62,525 bases of DNA from an uncultured Candidatus Saccharibacteria bacterium (GTDB lineage: Bacteria; Patescibacteriota; Minisyncoccia; Phycocordibacterales; PALSA-1337). The DNA lies in the NCBI GenBank assembly GCA_964481175.1, contig CAYZSZ010000002.1:1-62525 (forward strand), in the 5' to 3' direction. Positions 46,501-54,648 of the stretch are shown one piece after another. The notes beneath the pieces are model-generated. The model did not search any database, was not told where the DNA came from, and saw only the letters and a program-made list of their open reading frames with translations. Made by a program: the position numbers and the translations under genes. Every line of letters begins with the position of its first letter. The first letter of the stretch is position 1.

Positions 46501-46779
46501 ATGAAAAAAGTCTGCCCAATCGCTACCATGACCGCTCTCATCGGAGATCACAGCACCGTACTTATCGTACGGGATCTTTTGACTGGACCAAAAAGATTCA
46601 AAGATCTCGAAGAATCGCTAGGGATCAGCACACGCACACTCACGATAAAACTACAGAACCTAGAGAAAGAGGGGATGATTGTTAAGGATGATGGATACTC
46701 ACTCACGAGAAAGGGAAAGGACCTTGGGATAATCACAAAAGCCATGAAGAAATACGGTGAGAAATATTATGCTGCCTAA
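46501..46779 (+). CDS. HxlR-family winged-helix transcriptional regulator
   Basis: 92 aa. It has CPIA..IGDHSTVLIVRDLL.GPKRFKDLE..GIS.RTLT.KLQNLEKEGMI. It is divergent from the FMN reductase gene. Confidence 0.8.
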   Translation: MKKVCPIATMTALIGDHSTVLIVRDLLTGPKRFKDLEESLGISTRTLTIKLQNLEKEGMIVKDDGYSLTRKGKDLGIITKAMKKYGEKYYAA

Positions 46780-46782
46780 ATG

Positions 46783-46854
46783 TGCTCCCGGTAGGAATCG
46801 AACCTACATCACAACTTCCGCAAAGTTGTGTCCTATCCATTGAACGACGGGAGC
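46783..46854 (-). tRNA. tRNA-Arg (GCG)
   Basis: Reverse complement GCTCCCG-TC-GTTCAATGGATAGGAC-A-CAACT-TTGCGGA-AGTTG-TGAT-GTAGG-TTCGATT-CCTAC-CGGGAGC-A. Confidence 0.8.
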
Positions 46855-46874
46855 ATGTAGATCTGAGATTATCA

Positions 46875-47339
46875 TTAAAAACCCAATCTTTCCAGTATTC
46901 TTTTGCCGAGTGGTTCTGGGTGCTCAACTTCTGCAATATATTTCAAAAGTACCTGGCGGACAGCTTCATCGTCAGTATCACGGATGATAAGAGAGATAAG
47001 TGGTACAAAAGTCTTGTATGACTTGATCATGAGACGAGGCTCGTTGTGATCGTTGTCGATCCAAAAGGATTCGAGGTGTAAAAAAGGGTAGAGCGTCTTG
47101 TCGATGACCACTCCACGGTCATTGATCTCAATGGTGATCTCTTTTGGTGGACGGTGAGCGTTGAGCGTGAGAGCAGTAGCTCCTACGATGATAAAGATGC
47201 CAAAGATGGCGTTGCCAAACATAAAAGAGAGGATAGCTGCGGTGAGAGCGATAATACCAACAGCCCAATACCACTCACTTGTCTTTTGAGTGTAGTGATG
47301 TTCAGGTCCAGTCCATTTGATAAGAGGAACGATAGGCAT
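46875..47339 (-). CDS. hypothetical membrane protein
   Basis: 154 aa with two central TM helices. I recognise no family. Confidence 0.55.
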   Translation of the reverse strand: MPIVPLIKWTGPEHHYTQKTSEWYWAVGIIALTAAILSFMFGNAIFGIFIIVGATALTLNAHRPPKEITIEINDRGVVIDKTLYPFLHLESFWIDNDHNEPRLMIKSYKTFVPLISLIIRDTDDEAVRQVLLKYIAEVEHPEPLGKRILERLGF

Positions 47340-47404
47340 GCAGAAATTATAGCATGTTGACTTTCGCGTGTCTGTGATCTAGTGTTGGAAATGGAGAAAA
47401 TCCC

Positions 47405-47974
47405 ATGAAGAAACCTTTTGTTCTGATTGTGTCAGGTCCTACGGGTGCGGGAAAGACGGAGCTAGTCAAATGGCTCTTGATGACTTACCCCAAACTTTTC
47501 AAACGGTCGATCTCGGCAACCACTCGTCCAGAGCGTCCGGGCGAGGTAGGTGGGCGGGATTATCACTTTTTGAGCAGGGAAGAATTCCAGGCTCGGATCG
47601 AGCTCGGAGATTTCCTTGAGTACGCCGTCGTTCACGGCGAGCATCTCTATGGAACTCTGGTCTCCAGTGTTGTCGATGTTCTGGACTCTGGCATCTCACC
47701 AGTCCTCACTATCGATGTCCAAGGTCATGCTTTGGCACGAAAAATCCCGGCTATCAGCGGCGATATTTTTTCGGTGTTCATTACGGTCTCCGACGTCGAG
47801 GTGCTCGTTGAGCGTTTGCGGCGTCGCGGTGACACGAGCGAGGCGGACATTCGGCAACGACTCAAAAGTCGCGACGCTGAACTGAGGGAGATGCGTCACT
47901 ACAACGCCCACCTCTACAATGATGGCTCGCTCGAGATGGCGCAAGAGCAGTTTGCTCGTTTCTTAGGCCTCTGA
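47405..47974 (+). CDS. gmk: guanylate kinase (compositionally atypical, GC-rich)
   Basis: 189 aa. It has a P-loop SGPTGAGKT, ..TTRP.RPGE..G.DYHF.. and ..EYA..HG..YGT. ORFs appear in several frames across it, as is typical of GC-rich DNA. Confidence 0.85.
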   Translation: MKKPFVLIVSGPTGAGKTELVKWLLMTYPKLFKRSISATTRPERPGEVGGRDYHFLSREEFQARIELGDFLEYAVVHGEHLYGTLVSSVVDVLDSGISPVLTIDVQGHALARKIPAISGDIFSVFITVSDVEVLVERLRRRGDTSEADIRQRLKSRDAELREMRHYNAHLYNDGSLEMAQEQFARFLGL

Positions 47975-47988
47975 TGAGGCCGAGGCGA

Positions 47989-48024
47989 AAAACGCTGGGT
48001 TCGTGGAACCCAGCGTTTTTGTTT
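47989..48024 (+). terminator. intrinsic terminator after gmk
   Basis: AAAACGCTGGGTT-CGTGG-AACCCAGCGTTTT forms a 13-bp stem followed by TGTTTG. Confidence 0.8.
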
Positions 48025-48058
48025 GAAATAACTACGTGCTACTATACAAAATATACTT

Positions 48059-49078
48059 ATGAAAAAGATGCTTCTGATTTTATTTTTAGTTGTTGGTGCG
48101 GCTGTCGCTGGATTTTTTATCTCAAAAAATATGGTCGAAAAGCCCACTCGAGTTATTGTTAATATCGACAAAACATTTGAAAATCAAAGACCTATACGTG
48201 ACAAACTTTTGAGCATGCTGGTTGAAAACGATCCAAACTCTATTTTTAAAGTCGTCGATGCAATCCAGGCAGATCCAGCGATAGCCATCAACTGTCACAA
48301 CATTGCACACGATATTGGACATAAAACATATGCACTGTACGGGTTTAATGCTGCCATGACGATGGATAATCCTGAACATGTGCGACACGCACTAGTCGAA
48401 AATATCTGTGCGGGAGGATATGTCCACGGTGTTCTCGAAGAGCTTTCTCAGTATGATCCAGAATTTGCTAAGCGTCCTGATGCGATATGCGACACATTGC
48501 CAAAAGCTAGCCGAGCGAGCTGTTTCCATGGGATGGGGCATGTGTATATGCTCATGAACAATCAGGACACTGTAGCAGCTATTCGCGATTGCCGAGTTAT
48601 CAAAAAAGATTCAGACATGTACCGATGTTTCGAAGGGGTTCGCATGGAGCAGTTTTGGGGACCATTTGCGAGCGAGGAAAGTTCAGAAAAACCACTTCAG
48701 TTGTGTTCAGGACTTACAAACCAAGATGAGCGACCGACGTGTTTCTTGTATTCAACATTTGGGTATCTGCGTACACATGTCAGAGACTATGCTGGAGCAT
48801 CAGCCCTTTGTTCAAAAAGCGGATTGCCCGATATCGACGTACAGTTTTGTTTAAAAGGACTAGGTCTCACTATGATGAGTAAGTTTAAAGGAAAAAATCT
48901 CCACGAGTCTGAACAGTATGTGGTTGGACTGCCTGTTCTCCACAAATTAGCCTTTTATCAGGGGGTCGTAGGGTACTCTACTATCTCAGGACTTTCTGAT
49001 AGCCAGATAACTAGTATCTGCAATCTTCTCACAACCGACAGCCAAATATGCTTGAGCGCAATGGCGAGTAGGGAGTAG
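48059..49078 (+). CDS. membrane-anchored Cys/His-rich repeat protein, unknown family
   Basis: 339 aa. An N-terminal TM helix is followed by at least five spaced units that start with Cys (NCHNIAHDIGH, SCFHGMGH, RCFEGV, TCFLYSTFG, FCLKGLG). Confidence 0.55.
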   Translation: MKKMLLILFLVVGAAVAGFFISKNMVEKPTRVIVNIDKTFENQRPIRDKLLSMLVENDPNSIFKVVDAIQADPAIAINCHNIAHDIGHKTYALYGFNAAMTMDNPEHVRHALVENICAGGYVHGVLEELSQYDPEFAKRPDAICDTLPKASRASCFHGMGHVYMLMNNQDTVAAIRDCRVIKKDSDMYRCFEGVRMEQFWGPFASEESSEKPLQLCSGLTNQDERPTCFLYSTFGYLRTHVRDYAGASALCSKSGLPDIDVQFCLKGLGLTMMSKFKGKNLHESEQYVVGLPVLHKLAFYQGVVGYSTISGLSDSQITSICNLLTTDSQICLSAMASRE

Positions 49079-49218
49079 GTGTTGTTGACTCGCTTTGATC
49101 AAAATGATTAAATCAGCACATGTTGATAAACGGCGTGCGATCGATCTGGTCTAGTTTTGCTAGTTAGAGACTCTTCTCTACAGTTTTTTGTTACCTTAAA
49201 CTCTAAATAAAGGAATAT

Positions 49219-49965
49219 ATGATCAGTGCAAAAGATTGGCTCACTGTTTTTGAAGTAAAAGAAGGAAGCCCCGTAACCATATCGGTTCCGCACGACGGAT
49301 TACCGTACTGTGACCTCTCGGGGTTCTTTGAACCAAGAAAAATGGGGTATCGAGGAAGGGACAAATTCGTCTGGCCGATTGCAAAAGATATTATTTTGCA
49401 CGCAAAAGCCAATGCCGTCCGCGGTCTCATGCCCCGAACGCTCGTCGATTACAATCGAGCGTGGCCAGAAGGGATAAACTATTATCCGCTGACACAAAAA
49501 GAAGTACACACTGCACTCGATGATGTCCGCTTGGTAGAACCGTATCACCACTATCATCGCACCATAGATCGGTTGGTCAAAAAGAGCATCAAACGATTCG
49601 GAAGAGAAAAAACACTCCTGATTGATCTTCATGGATTCGCAAAGCAGCCTCCATATGCACCTCAAGGAGGGTTTGATCTGATTCTCGGAACAGGGAATCG
49701 GATAACAATCCCATATGGAGATGTAGATGTGCGACTAGCGGACCATATGATGAGACGTGGACATAGAGTCTTTCTCCCAAAAGATGAAAGCCTCGGCGAA
49801 ATAGAAGACTACTATAGCGCAGACTTTACTACTCGCCACCACTCAGAAAGACACAATATCAATGTAATCCAAATCGAAGTTGCTTCTCGTTTTAGGTCGC
49901 ACGAGTCGCGGGAACTCGGACAAAAACTCTCTCGAGATCTTGCAGACTTTATCAGTTCTTTGTGA
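49219..49965 (+). CDS. N-formylglutamate amidohydrolase-family-like protein
   Basis: 248 aa. ISVPHDG.. and ..LIDLHGF.. resemble the FGase-family pattern. The call is moderate. Confidence 0.5.
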   Translation: MISAKDWLTVFEVKEGSPVTISVPHDGLPYCDLSGFFEPRKMGYRGRDKFVWPIAKDIILHAKANAVRGLMPRTLVDYNRAWPEGINYYPLTQKEVHTALDDVRLVEPYHHYHRTIDRLVKKSIKRFGREKTLLIDLHGFAKQPPYAPQGGFDLILGTGNRITIPYGDVDVRLADHMMRRGHRVFLPKDESLGEIEDYYSADFTTRHHSERHNINVIQIEVASRFRSHESRELGQKLSRDLADFISSL

Positions 49966-49968
49966 CGC

Positions 49969-49999
49969 AAAACGCCGAGCGTAATGCTCGGCGTTTTTT
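49969..49999 (+). terminator. intrinsic terminator
   Basis: ACGCCGAGC-GTAAT-GCTCGGCGT is followed by TTTTTC. Confidence 0.8.
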
Positions 50000-50067
50000 C
50001 TCTGCGGGAGTGGTTAGATGCGTTCAGAACGGTCGATTTTAGGTCTATAAAAGGGGATATTGTAACC

Positions 50068-50096
50068 TTGACAAATAGAGTATTTGGGTGTATAAT
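50068..50096 (+). promoter_or_regulatory. consensus sigma70 promoter
   Basis: TTGACA (50068-50073), a 17-nt spacer, then TATAAT (50091-50096). Confidence 0.65.
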
Positions 50097-50222
50097 ATAT
50101 CCAGAATAAGACTTTGAGAAATAGGCGTATTTGCTTGAGTTTAGAAGGAAGTAAGCGATTCTGTAGCTAGGCTATCGCCTGGTAAATCGTAGATTTCCCA
50201 CTAAATTCAAACCAAAACTCTC

Positions 50223-50450
50223 ATGAAACGCATTCTATCCTTCCTCGGTGCCATCCTGATCAACATCGTTGGCTTTGCTGCCATCATGGTCTATGCGATC
50301 TCTGTAATGATTCTTTTCCGCGAGGACCAAGGCTTGGGCCTTTACCTCTACGGCGGTGGACTCTCTATGATGTTGGCCTGGCTCTACTTCTCAAACAAGT
50401 ACGCACAGCCTCTCATCCGTATCGCGATCCACCAAGACCCTCTTTGTTGA
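50223..50450 (+). CDS. small two-TM membrane protein, GC-rich
   Basis: 75 aa with two hydrophobic helices. It lies about 120 nt downstream of the consensus promoter and is followed by a hairpin with a T-run. Confidence 0.5.
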   Translation: MKRILSFLGAILINIVGFAAIMVYAISVMILFREDQGLGLYLYGGGLSMMLAWLYFSNKYAQPLIRIAIHQDPLC

Positions 50451-50474
50451 GAGGTCGTCAATGAATCCACTTCA

Positions 50475-50510
50475 AACCCACATCACGAAAGTGCTCTGTG
50501 GGTTTTGTTC
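50475..50510 (+). terminator. hairpin terminator candidate
   Basis: AACCCACA..(CAC-GAAA-GTG)..TGTGGGTT is followed by TTGTTC. Confidence 0.5.
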
Positions 50511-50535
50511 TGCTTAAGTTTTTACAAACTCTCTG

Positions 50536-50622
50536 CGGATGGGGTGAGATTCGAACTCACGGCCCCCTTGCGAGGGCGACGGTTTTCAAGACCGTTGCTT
50601 TAGACCACTCAGCCACCCATCC
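50536..50622 (-). tRNA. tRNA-Ser (UGA)
   Basis: Reverse complement GGATGGG..GCTGAGTGGTCTAAAGC..ACGGT-CTTGAAA-ACCGT, a long variable arm CGCCCTCGCAAGGGGGC, then GTGAG-TTCGAAT-CTCAC-CCCATCC-G. Confidence 0.9.
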
Positions 50623-50680
50623 TTGTGGAGCCATCATACCAAAAATATCATTTTAGTCCAATATATTGTATAGTTTCTTC

Positions 50681-51061
50681 ATGAGATACCTCGGCATCGA
50701 CTACGGATCAAAGCGGGTAGGACTAGCCCTTTCTGATGAGGGAGGCAAGTTTGCTATGCCACACAGCGTACTCCCAAACAACCATAAACTGATCGAAAAC
50801 ATAGCGAAAATATGCAAAGATGGCGTAAGCGGCATCATTTTAGGAGAATCAGTAAATGATAAGGGTGAAAACAATAAAATCATGGACATGATCGTTCCTT
50901 TTAAAAAAGAACTGGAAGGAGTGACTCGGTTGCCGGTGGTGTACGAAAAAGAATATATGTCGAGCCAGCATGCTGAGTTTTTTCAAGGAAAACATGATAT
51001 GCTCGATGCATCAGCAGCGGCGTTAATACTTCAACGATTTTTAGATAAACACAATGGATAA
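50681..51061 (+). CDS. ruvX: putative pre-16S rRNA nuclease / Holliday junction resolvase-like YqgF
   Basis: MRYLGIDYGSKRVGLALSD.. starts at the ATG at 50681. ..DASAAALILQ.. lies near the C-terminus. Confidence 0.85.
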   Translation: MRYLGIDYGSKRVGLALSDEGGKFAMPHSVLPNNHKLIENIAKICKDGVSGIILGESVNDKGENNKIMDMIVPFKKELEGVTRLPVVYEKEYMSSQHAEFFQGKHDMLDASAAALILQRFLDKHNG

Positions 51062-51401
51062 ACTAGAAAATAAAATTACATATGAAGATTTTGCAAAGGT
51101 AGAGGTGCGAGTGGGGAAGATCCTCTCGGCCGAAAAAATACCAGATACTGACAAGCTCCTAAAGCTATCAGTGGATTTTGCAGAGGGGAGTCCTCGCCAA
51201 ATTGTCTCTGGTATTTCTCTATATTTCCCAGATTGCAGCGTGCTCGTCGGTAAGAAATGCATGTTTGTGACAAATCTCGCTCCACGTACAATCAAAGGCC
51301 ATGAAAGCAACGGCATGCTATTTGCTGTATCGACCGAAGATGGAAAGTTTTCGCTCCTAGAACCAAATGCGGATATCCCAGAAGGCGCCAAGGCAAAATA
51401 G
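51054..51401 (+). CDS. tRNA-binding domain protein (CsaA/Trbp111-like)
   Basis: 115 aa. It has DFAKVEVRVGKI..AE..P..DKL..L.VD.G...RQIVSGI.. and ..NLAPR.I.G.ESNGML. Confidence 0.85.
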   Translation: MDKLENKITYEDFAKVEVRVGKILSAEKIPDTDKLLKLSVDFAEGSPRQIVSGISLYFPDCSVLVGKKCMFVTNLAPRTIKGHESNGMLFAVSTEDGKFSLLEPNADIPEGAKAK

Positions 51402-51421
51402 TGTAGTATAATAGAGCGTAA

Positions 51422-52357
51422 ATGCTCAGCCGAAGTTCTAAATTTTTTTCAGTGTTTCCGCCACCAGCCATTTTGAATGTGCAGTGTGCTGGTTTACATA
51501 TTGCCGACGATGCAATACGCGCAATCGTCATGACCTCTGCTGGCAAAAAATATACAGTTGTAAGCTATGGTGAGCGACCTCTACCAAAAGGACTTGTCGA
51601 TGGTGGGACTATTACGAATGAAAATGTATTGGCTCAAGAAATAAAAGCTTTGAAAGAAAAGCTGAAGTTGTCTCTTGTCCGGGTGTCTCTGCCAGAGGAG
51701 CGGATGTATCTTTTTAATATTGAAATGCCGGGGGTCTCTGATCTAGGTATCCGTGATGTGGTCGAAAGCAAGCTCGAAGAAAATATCCCTATTCCACCAT
51801 CTGAGGTGGTGTATGAGTTTGACCCAAGTCAGCGCAAAGGTAAGCTCATCACCAAAGCGAGTGTCTCAGCTTTTCCAGAAAAACTAATTCAGTCATATGT
51901 CTCTTGCTGTACGTTAGCCGGACTCGATGTGCAGGGTTTTGATGCAGAACCACGAGCGATATTGCGCTCACTCGCACTCAGCGATGAAGTATGCCTTGTG
52001 ATCGATATCTCTGCTCATAGTACGAGTATGTTTGTGGTGTCTGGTAAGGTGGCACAGTTCAGCTCGACAATCACTTTTGAAGATATAAAAAATGTTTCGC
52101 TTTTGCAGGAAGAAATAAAAAAAGTTATTACATATTGGAATACTCACGAAGAAGGGAAGGATATAAAAAAGATATACGTCATCGGAAAACTAGCCCAAAC
52201 AGAAAATCTCATCCCTAGTTTGGAATCTTTTTTGAAAATACCGGTTGTCTTGGGAGACGTCTGGGCAGGACTCTCAAACAAAGACAGGATCCCTCCGATA
52301 GAGTTTAACCAAGCACTCGACTACGGAGTGGCTATAGGTCTAGCTATAAAAGAATAA
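51422..52357 (+). CDS. pilM: PilM-like type IV pilus assembly protein
   Basis: 311 aa with an actin-like ATPase fold pattern. It is followed by PilN-like and PilO-like single-TM proteins. Confidence 0.6.
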   Translation: MLSRSSKFFSVFPPPAILNVQCAGLHIADDAIRAIVMTSAGKKYTVVSYGERPLPKGLVDGGTITNENVLAQEIKALKEKLKLSLVRVSLPEERMYLFNIEMPGVSDLGIRDVVESKLEENIPIPPSEVVYEFDPSQRKGKLITKASVSAFPEKLIQSYVSCCTLAGLDVQGFDAEPRAILRSLALSDEVCLVIDISAHSTSMFVVSGKVAQFSSTITFEDIKNVSLLQEEIKKVITYWNTHEEGKDIKKIYVIGKLAQTENLIPSLESFLKIPVVLGDVWAGLSNKDRIPPIEFNQALDYGVAIGLAIKE

Positions 52358-52358
52358 A

Positions 52359-52895
52359 ATGCACACATACCTTCCCGAAACACAAAAAAAGGAATTACGA
52401 AAGGAATATATCGTCCGGCTATTGATCGTTATGTGCTCGACACTACTCGTGGTAACTATTTGTACAATTATCTTTATGCTCCCGGCTTATTTTGTCTCAT
52501 ATGCTGGCCGAACTGAATCACTCAAAAAAACTGAAGCGTTCAGCGAAAAAGGAGTAGCCACTGAAACCAAAGAAGTCGAGGCTCAAGTAAAAGCGATTAT
52601 CGATGTCACCAATCGTTTTGCTGATGGTCTGGGCAAGATGAATGCATTGCAGGCGATAAGCTTGGCACACACAGCGCTCGTCCCCGGGGTGAGTATCCAA
52701 GGCATCGAATTTACTTATACAGCTTCTACTACGGTGGATCTACGCGTGAGTGGTATTGCAAAGACACGAGAGACACTGATCGCATACAAAAAGAAAGTAG
52801 AAACAAATCCAATGGTCGCAAAAGCAGATCTCCCCGTGTCTGATCTGGCAAAGAGTAAAGATATTTCTTTTATTTTAAAAATACTTTCAAAATAA
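52359..52895 (+). CDS. PilN-like single-pass membrane protein
   Basis: 178 aa. The N-terminal basic segment, TM helix and position after the pilM-like gene support the call. Confidence 0.5.
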   Translation: MHTYLPETQKKELRKEYIVRLLIVMCSTLLVVTICTIIFMLPAYFVSYAGRTESLKKTEAFSEKGVATETKEVEAQVKAIIDVTNRFADGLGKMNALQAISLAHTALVPGVSIQGIEFTYTASTTVDLRVSGIAKTRETLIAYKKKVETNPMVAKADLPVSDLAKSKDISFILKILSK

Positions 52896-52896
52896 T

Positions 52897-53439
52897 ATGA
52901 ATACTAAACTCAAAACACTACTCATATCAGTCAGCGTCCTCCTCCTCATCAGTGTGATAACTTTGTTTGTCTTGTTGTTTCTAACTAAAAAAAATAAAGC
53001 AGCGACTATCGTCAGTGTGCAGGAGATCCAACAAGAAGAAATCCGCGCAGCTCAAGCTCAAAAGATTTCAAATGTGCTCGACCGAGTAAAAGAACCAGTC
53101 GCAACACTCAAGAGCTATCTAGTCCCAGACTCTGAGATCGCAGATGTAGCAGAGACTATAGAGAGATTGGGTGCGCGAGCAAAAGTAGATGTCTCGATTT
53201 CTTCACTTGCTGCAGATGATTCTACAAACTTGCCTGTAGGGTCGATCAATAAAATAAAAGCCCGTATCGATGGGAGGGGAGAATGGAAAAATATCCTCGC
53301 ATTTATTACCTTGTTGGAATCTATGCCACGCAAGACAGCGCTGTACAATGTGAGTATCCGTCGAGTTGAGGGAGCAGAGAAAGCAAAAATACCGATGTGG
53401 AATCTTTCATTACAAATAGAAATACTTAAAATAAAATGA
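52897..53439 (+). CDS. PilO-like single-pass membrane protein
   Basis: 180 aa. It has a TM helix, a coiled-coil and an alpha/beta domain. The call rests on position. Confidence 0.45.
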   Translation: MNTKLKTLLISVSVLLLISVITLFVLLFLTKKNKAATIVSVQEIQQEEIRAAQAQKISNVLDRVKEPVATLKSYLVPDSEIADVAETIERLGARAKVDVSISSLAADDSTNLPVGSINKIKARIDGRGEWKNILAFITLLESMPRKTALYNVSIRRVEGAEKAKIPMWNLSLQIEILKIK

Positions 53440-53714
53440 AAAATTTCTTTAAACAAATCACACACGATCCATATCTCGACTGGTTGATCATATTTTCAAT
53501 CGGTGCGATCGGACTTGTTTTTTCAGTCGTGTGGGCGTTTGCTGAATATCAGGATGTAAATGGTATTGATATAGCAGCTGTCGCTACGACAACTAAGGTC
53601 ACGACCGTTGATGTAAAAAAAGTAAATGAAGTGATCGAACAGTACGAAAAAAAGAAGGCAGTGTACGACGCTCCAAATCTCCCGAGCATTGACGTACGCG
53701 ATCCTTCGCTGTAG
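53436..53714 (+). CDS. small single-pass membrane protein
   Basis: 92 aa. ATGA overlap with the upstream gene. It has one TM helix. Confidence 0.5.
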   Translation: MKNFFKQITHDPYLDWLIIFSIGAIGLVFSVVWAFAEYQDVNGIDIAAVATTTKVTTVDVKKVNEVIEQYEKKKAVYDAPNLPSIDVRDPSL

Positions 53715-53727
53715 GCTTTGCGTATTC

Positions 53728-53799
53728 GCCCTTGTAGTTCAATGGATAGAACTGCGGACTTCTAAGCCGTCGATGTTGGTTCGATTCCAACCAGGGGCA
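53728..53799 (+). tRNA. tRNA-Arg (UCU)
   Basis: GCCCTTG-TA-GTTCAATGGATAGAAC-T-GCGGA-CTTCTAA-GCCGT-CGAT-GTTGG-TTCGATT-CCAAC-CAGGGGC-A. Confidence 0.85.
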
Positions 53800-53801
53800 C
53801 A

Positions 53802-54590
53802 CTATATAATCTTTCTCAATCCTTGTTCGAGGCTGACTTTTGGTTCCCAGTTTAGCTTTTGTTTTGCCTTTGAAATATCAGCGATAGAGTACTGAATATC
53901 ACCTTTGCGGGGAGGAGAATATACGATTTTTGATTTCGATTTGCATAGTTTGATGATGAGCTCTGCCAATTCTTTTATGGTGATACCGACTCCACTCGCA
54001 ATGTTAAAGACTTCGAAGCGATCATTGTTATACTCCATCGCTTTTACATTTGCCTCTACGATATCGTCGATAAAAATAAAATCACGCACCTGAGATCCAT
54101 CTCCAGAAATATCTATGTCTTTGTTTTCTTTTGCGAGTCGTATGAAATGATTGATCACACCGGAGCGGGAAGGGTAGACGTTGAAATAACGAAGTGCGAT
54201 ATGGTTGCCACTCGAAAGTATTTTTTCTGCATCTACTTTGTTTTGTCCATACGGTGACTCGGGACGCAGTGCAAAATCTTCTTTTACAGTTTCATTGTAG
54301 GTACCGTAGACTGCAGCGCTACTAGAAAAGACAATTTTTTTACCAAGTGAGGCAATATTTTTTGTTCCCAGCACATTGACCGCATAGTACTCATCAGGTT
54401 TTTCAAAACTCTCTCCGACGCTGATCTTTGCAGCACAGTGAAATACACCATCGACATCGCGATATGATGCAACATCTTCTAAGCGCAAAATATCAAGACC
54501 TTGGTGTGTATCAAATACAATTCCACCAACTCGCTCCGCAATCTTTGATCCTATAAAGCCAGAGCCGCCAGTAACTAGGTATTTCTTCAT
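53802..54590 (-). CDS. NAD-dependent epimerase/dehydratase family protein (short)
   Basis: 262 aa. It has a Rossmann motif VTGGSGFIGS and a catalytic YxxxK (YGQNK). Confidence 0.8.
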   Translation of the reverse strand: MKKYLVTGGSGFIGSKIAERVGGIVFDTHQGLDILRLEDVASYRDVDGVFHCAAKISVGESFEKPDEYYAVNVLGTKNIASLGKKIVFSSSAAVYGTYNETVKEDFALRPESPYGQNKVDAEKILSSGNHIALRYFNVYPSRSGVINHFIRLAKENKDIDISGDGSQVRDFIFIDDIVEANVKAMEYNNDRFEVFNIASGVGITIKELAELIIKLCKSKSKIVYSPPRKGDIQYSIADISKAKQKLNWEPKVSLEQGLRKII

Positions 54591-54604
54591 GTATACATTG
54601 TATA

Positions 54605-54634
54605 TTTAAAAGACAATCCGCGCCAAGCGCGGAT
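54605..54634 (-). terminator. intrinsic terminator for the 75-aa ORF
   Basis: In minus sense, ATCCGCGC-TTG-GCGCGGAT is followed by TGTCTTTTAAA. Confidence 0.7.
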
Positions 54635-54648
54635 AGCTGCTCTGAGTT

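Noticed and set aside
47462-47944. Four ORFs overlapping gmk on both strands.
   Set aside because: They are shadow ORFs caused by the GC-rich composition. Only the gmk frame carries recognisable P-loop and guanylate kinase motifs.
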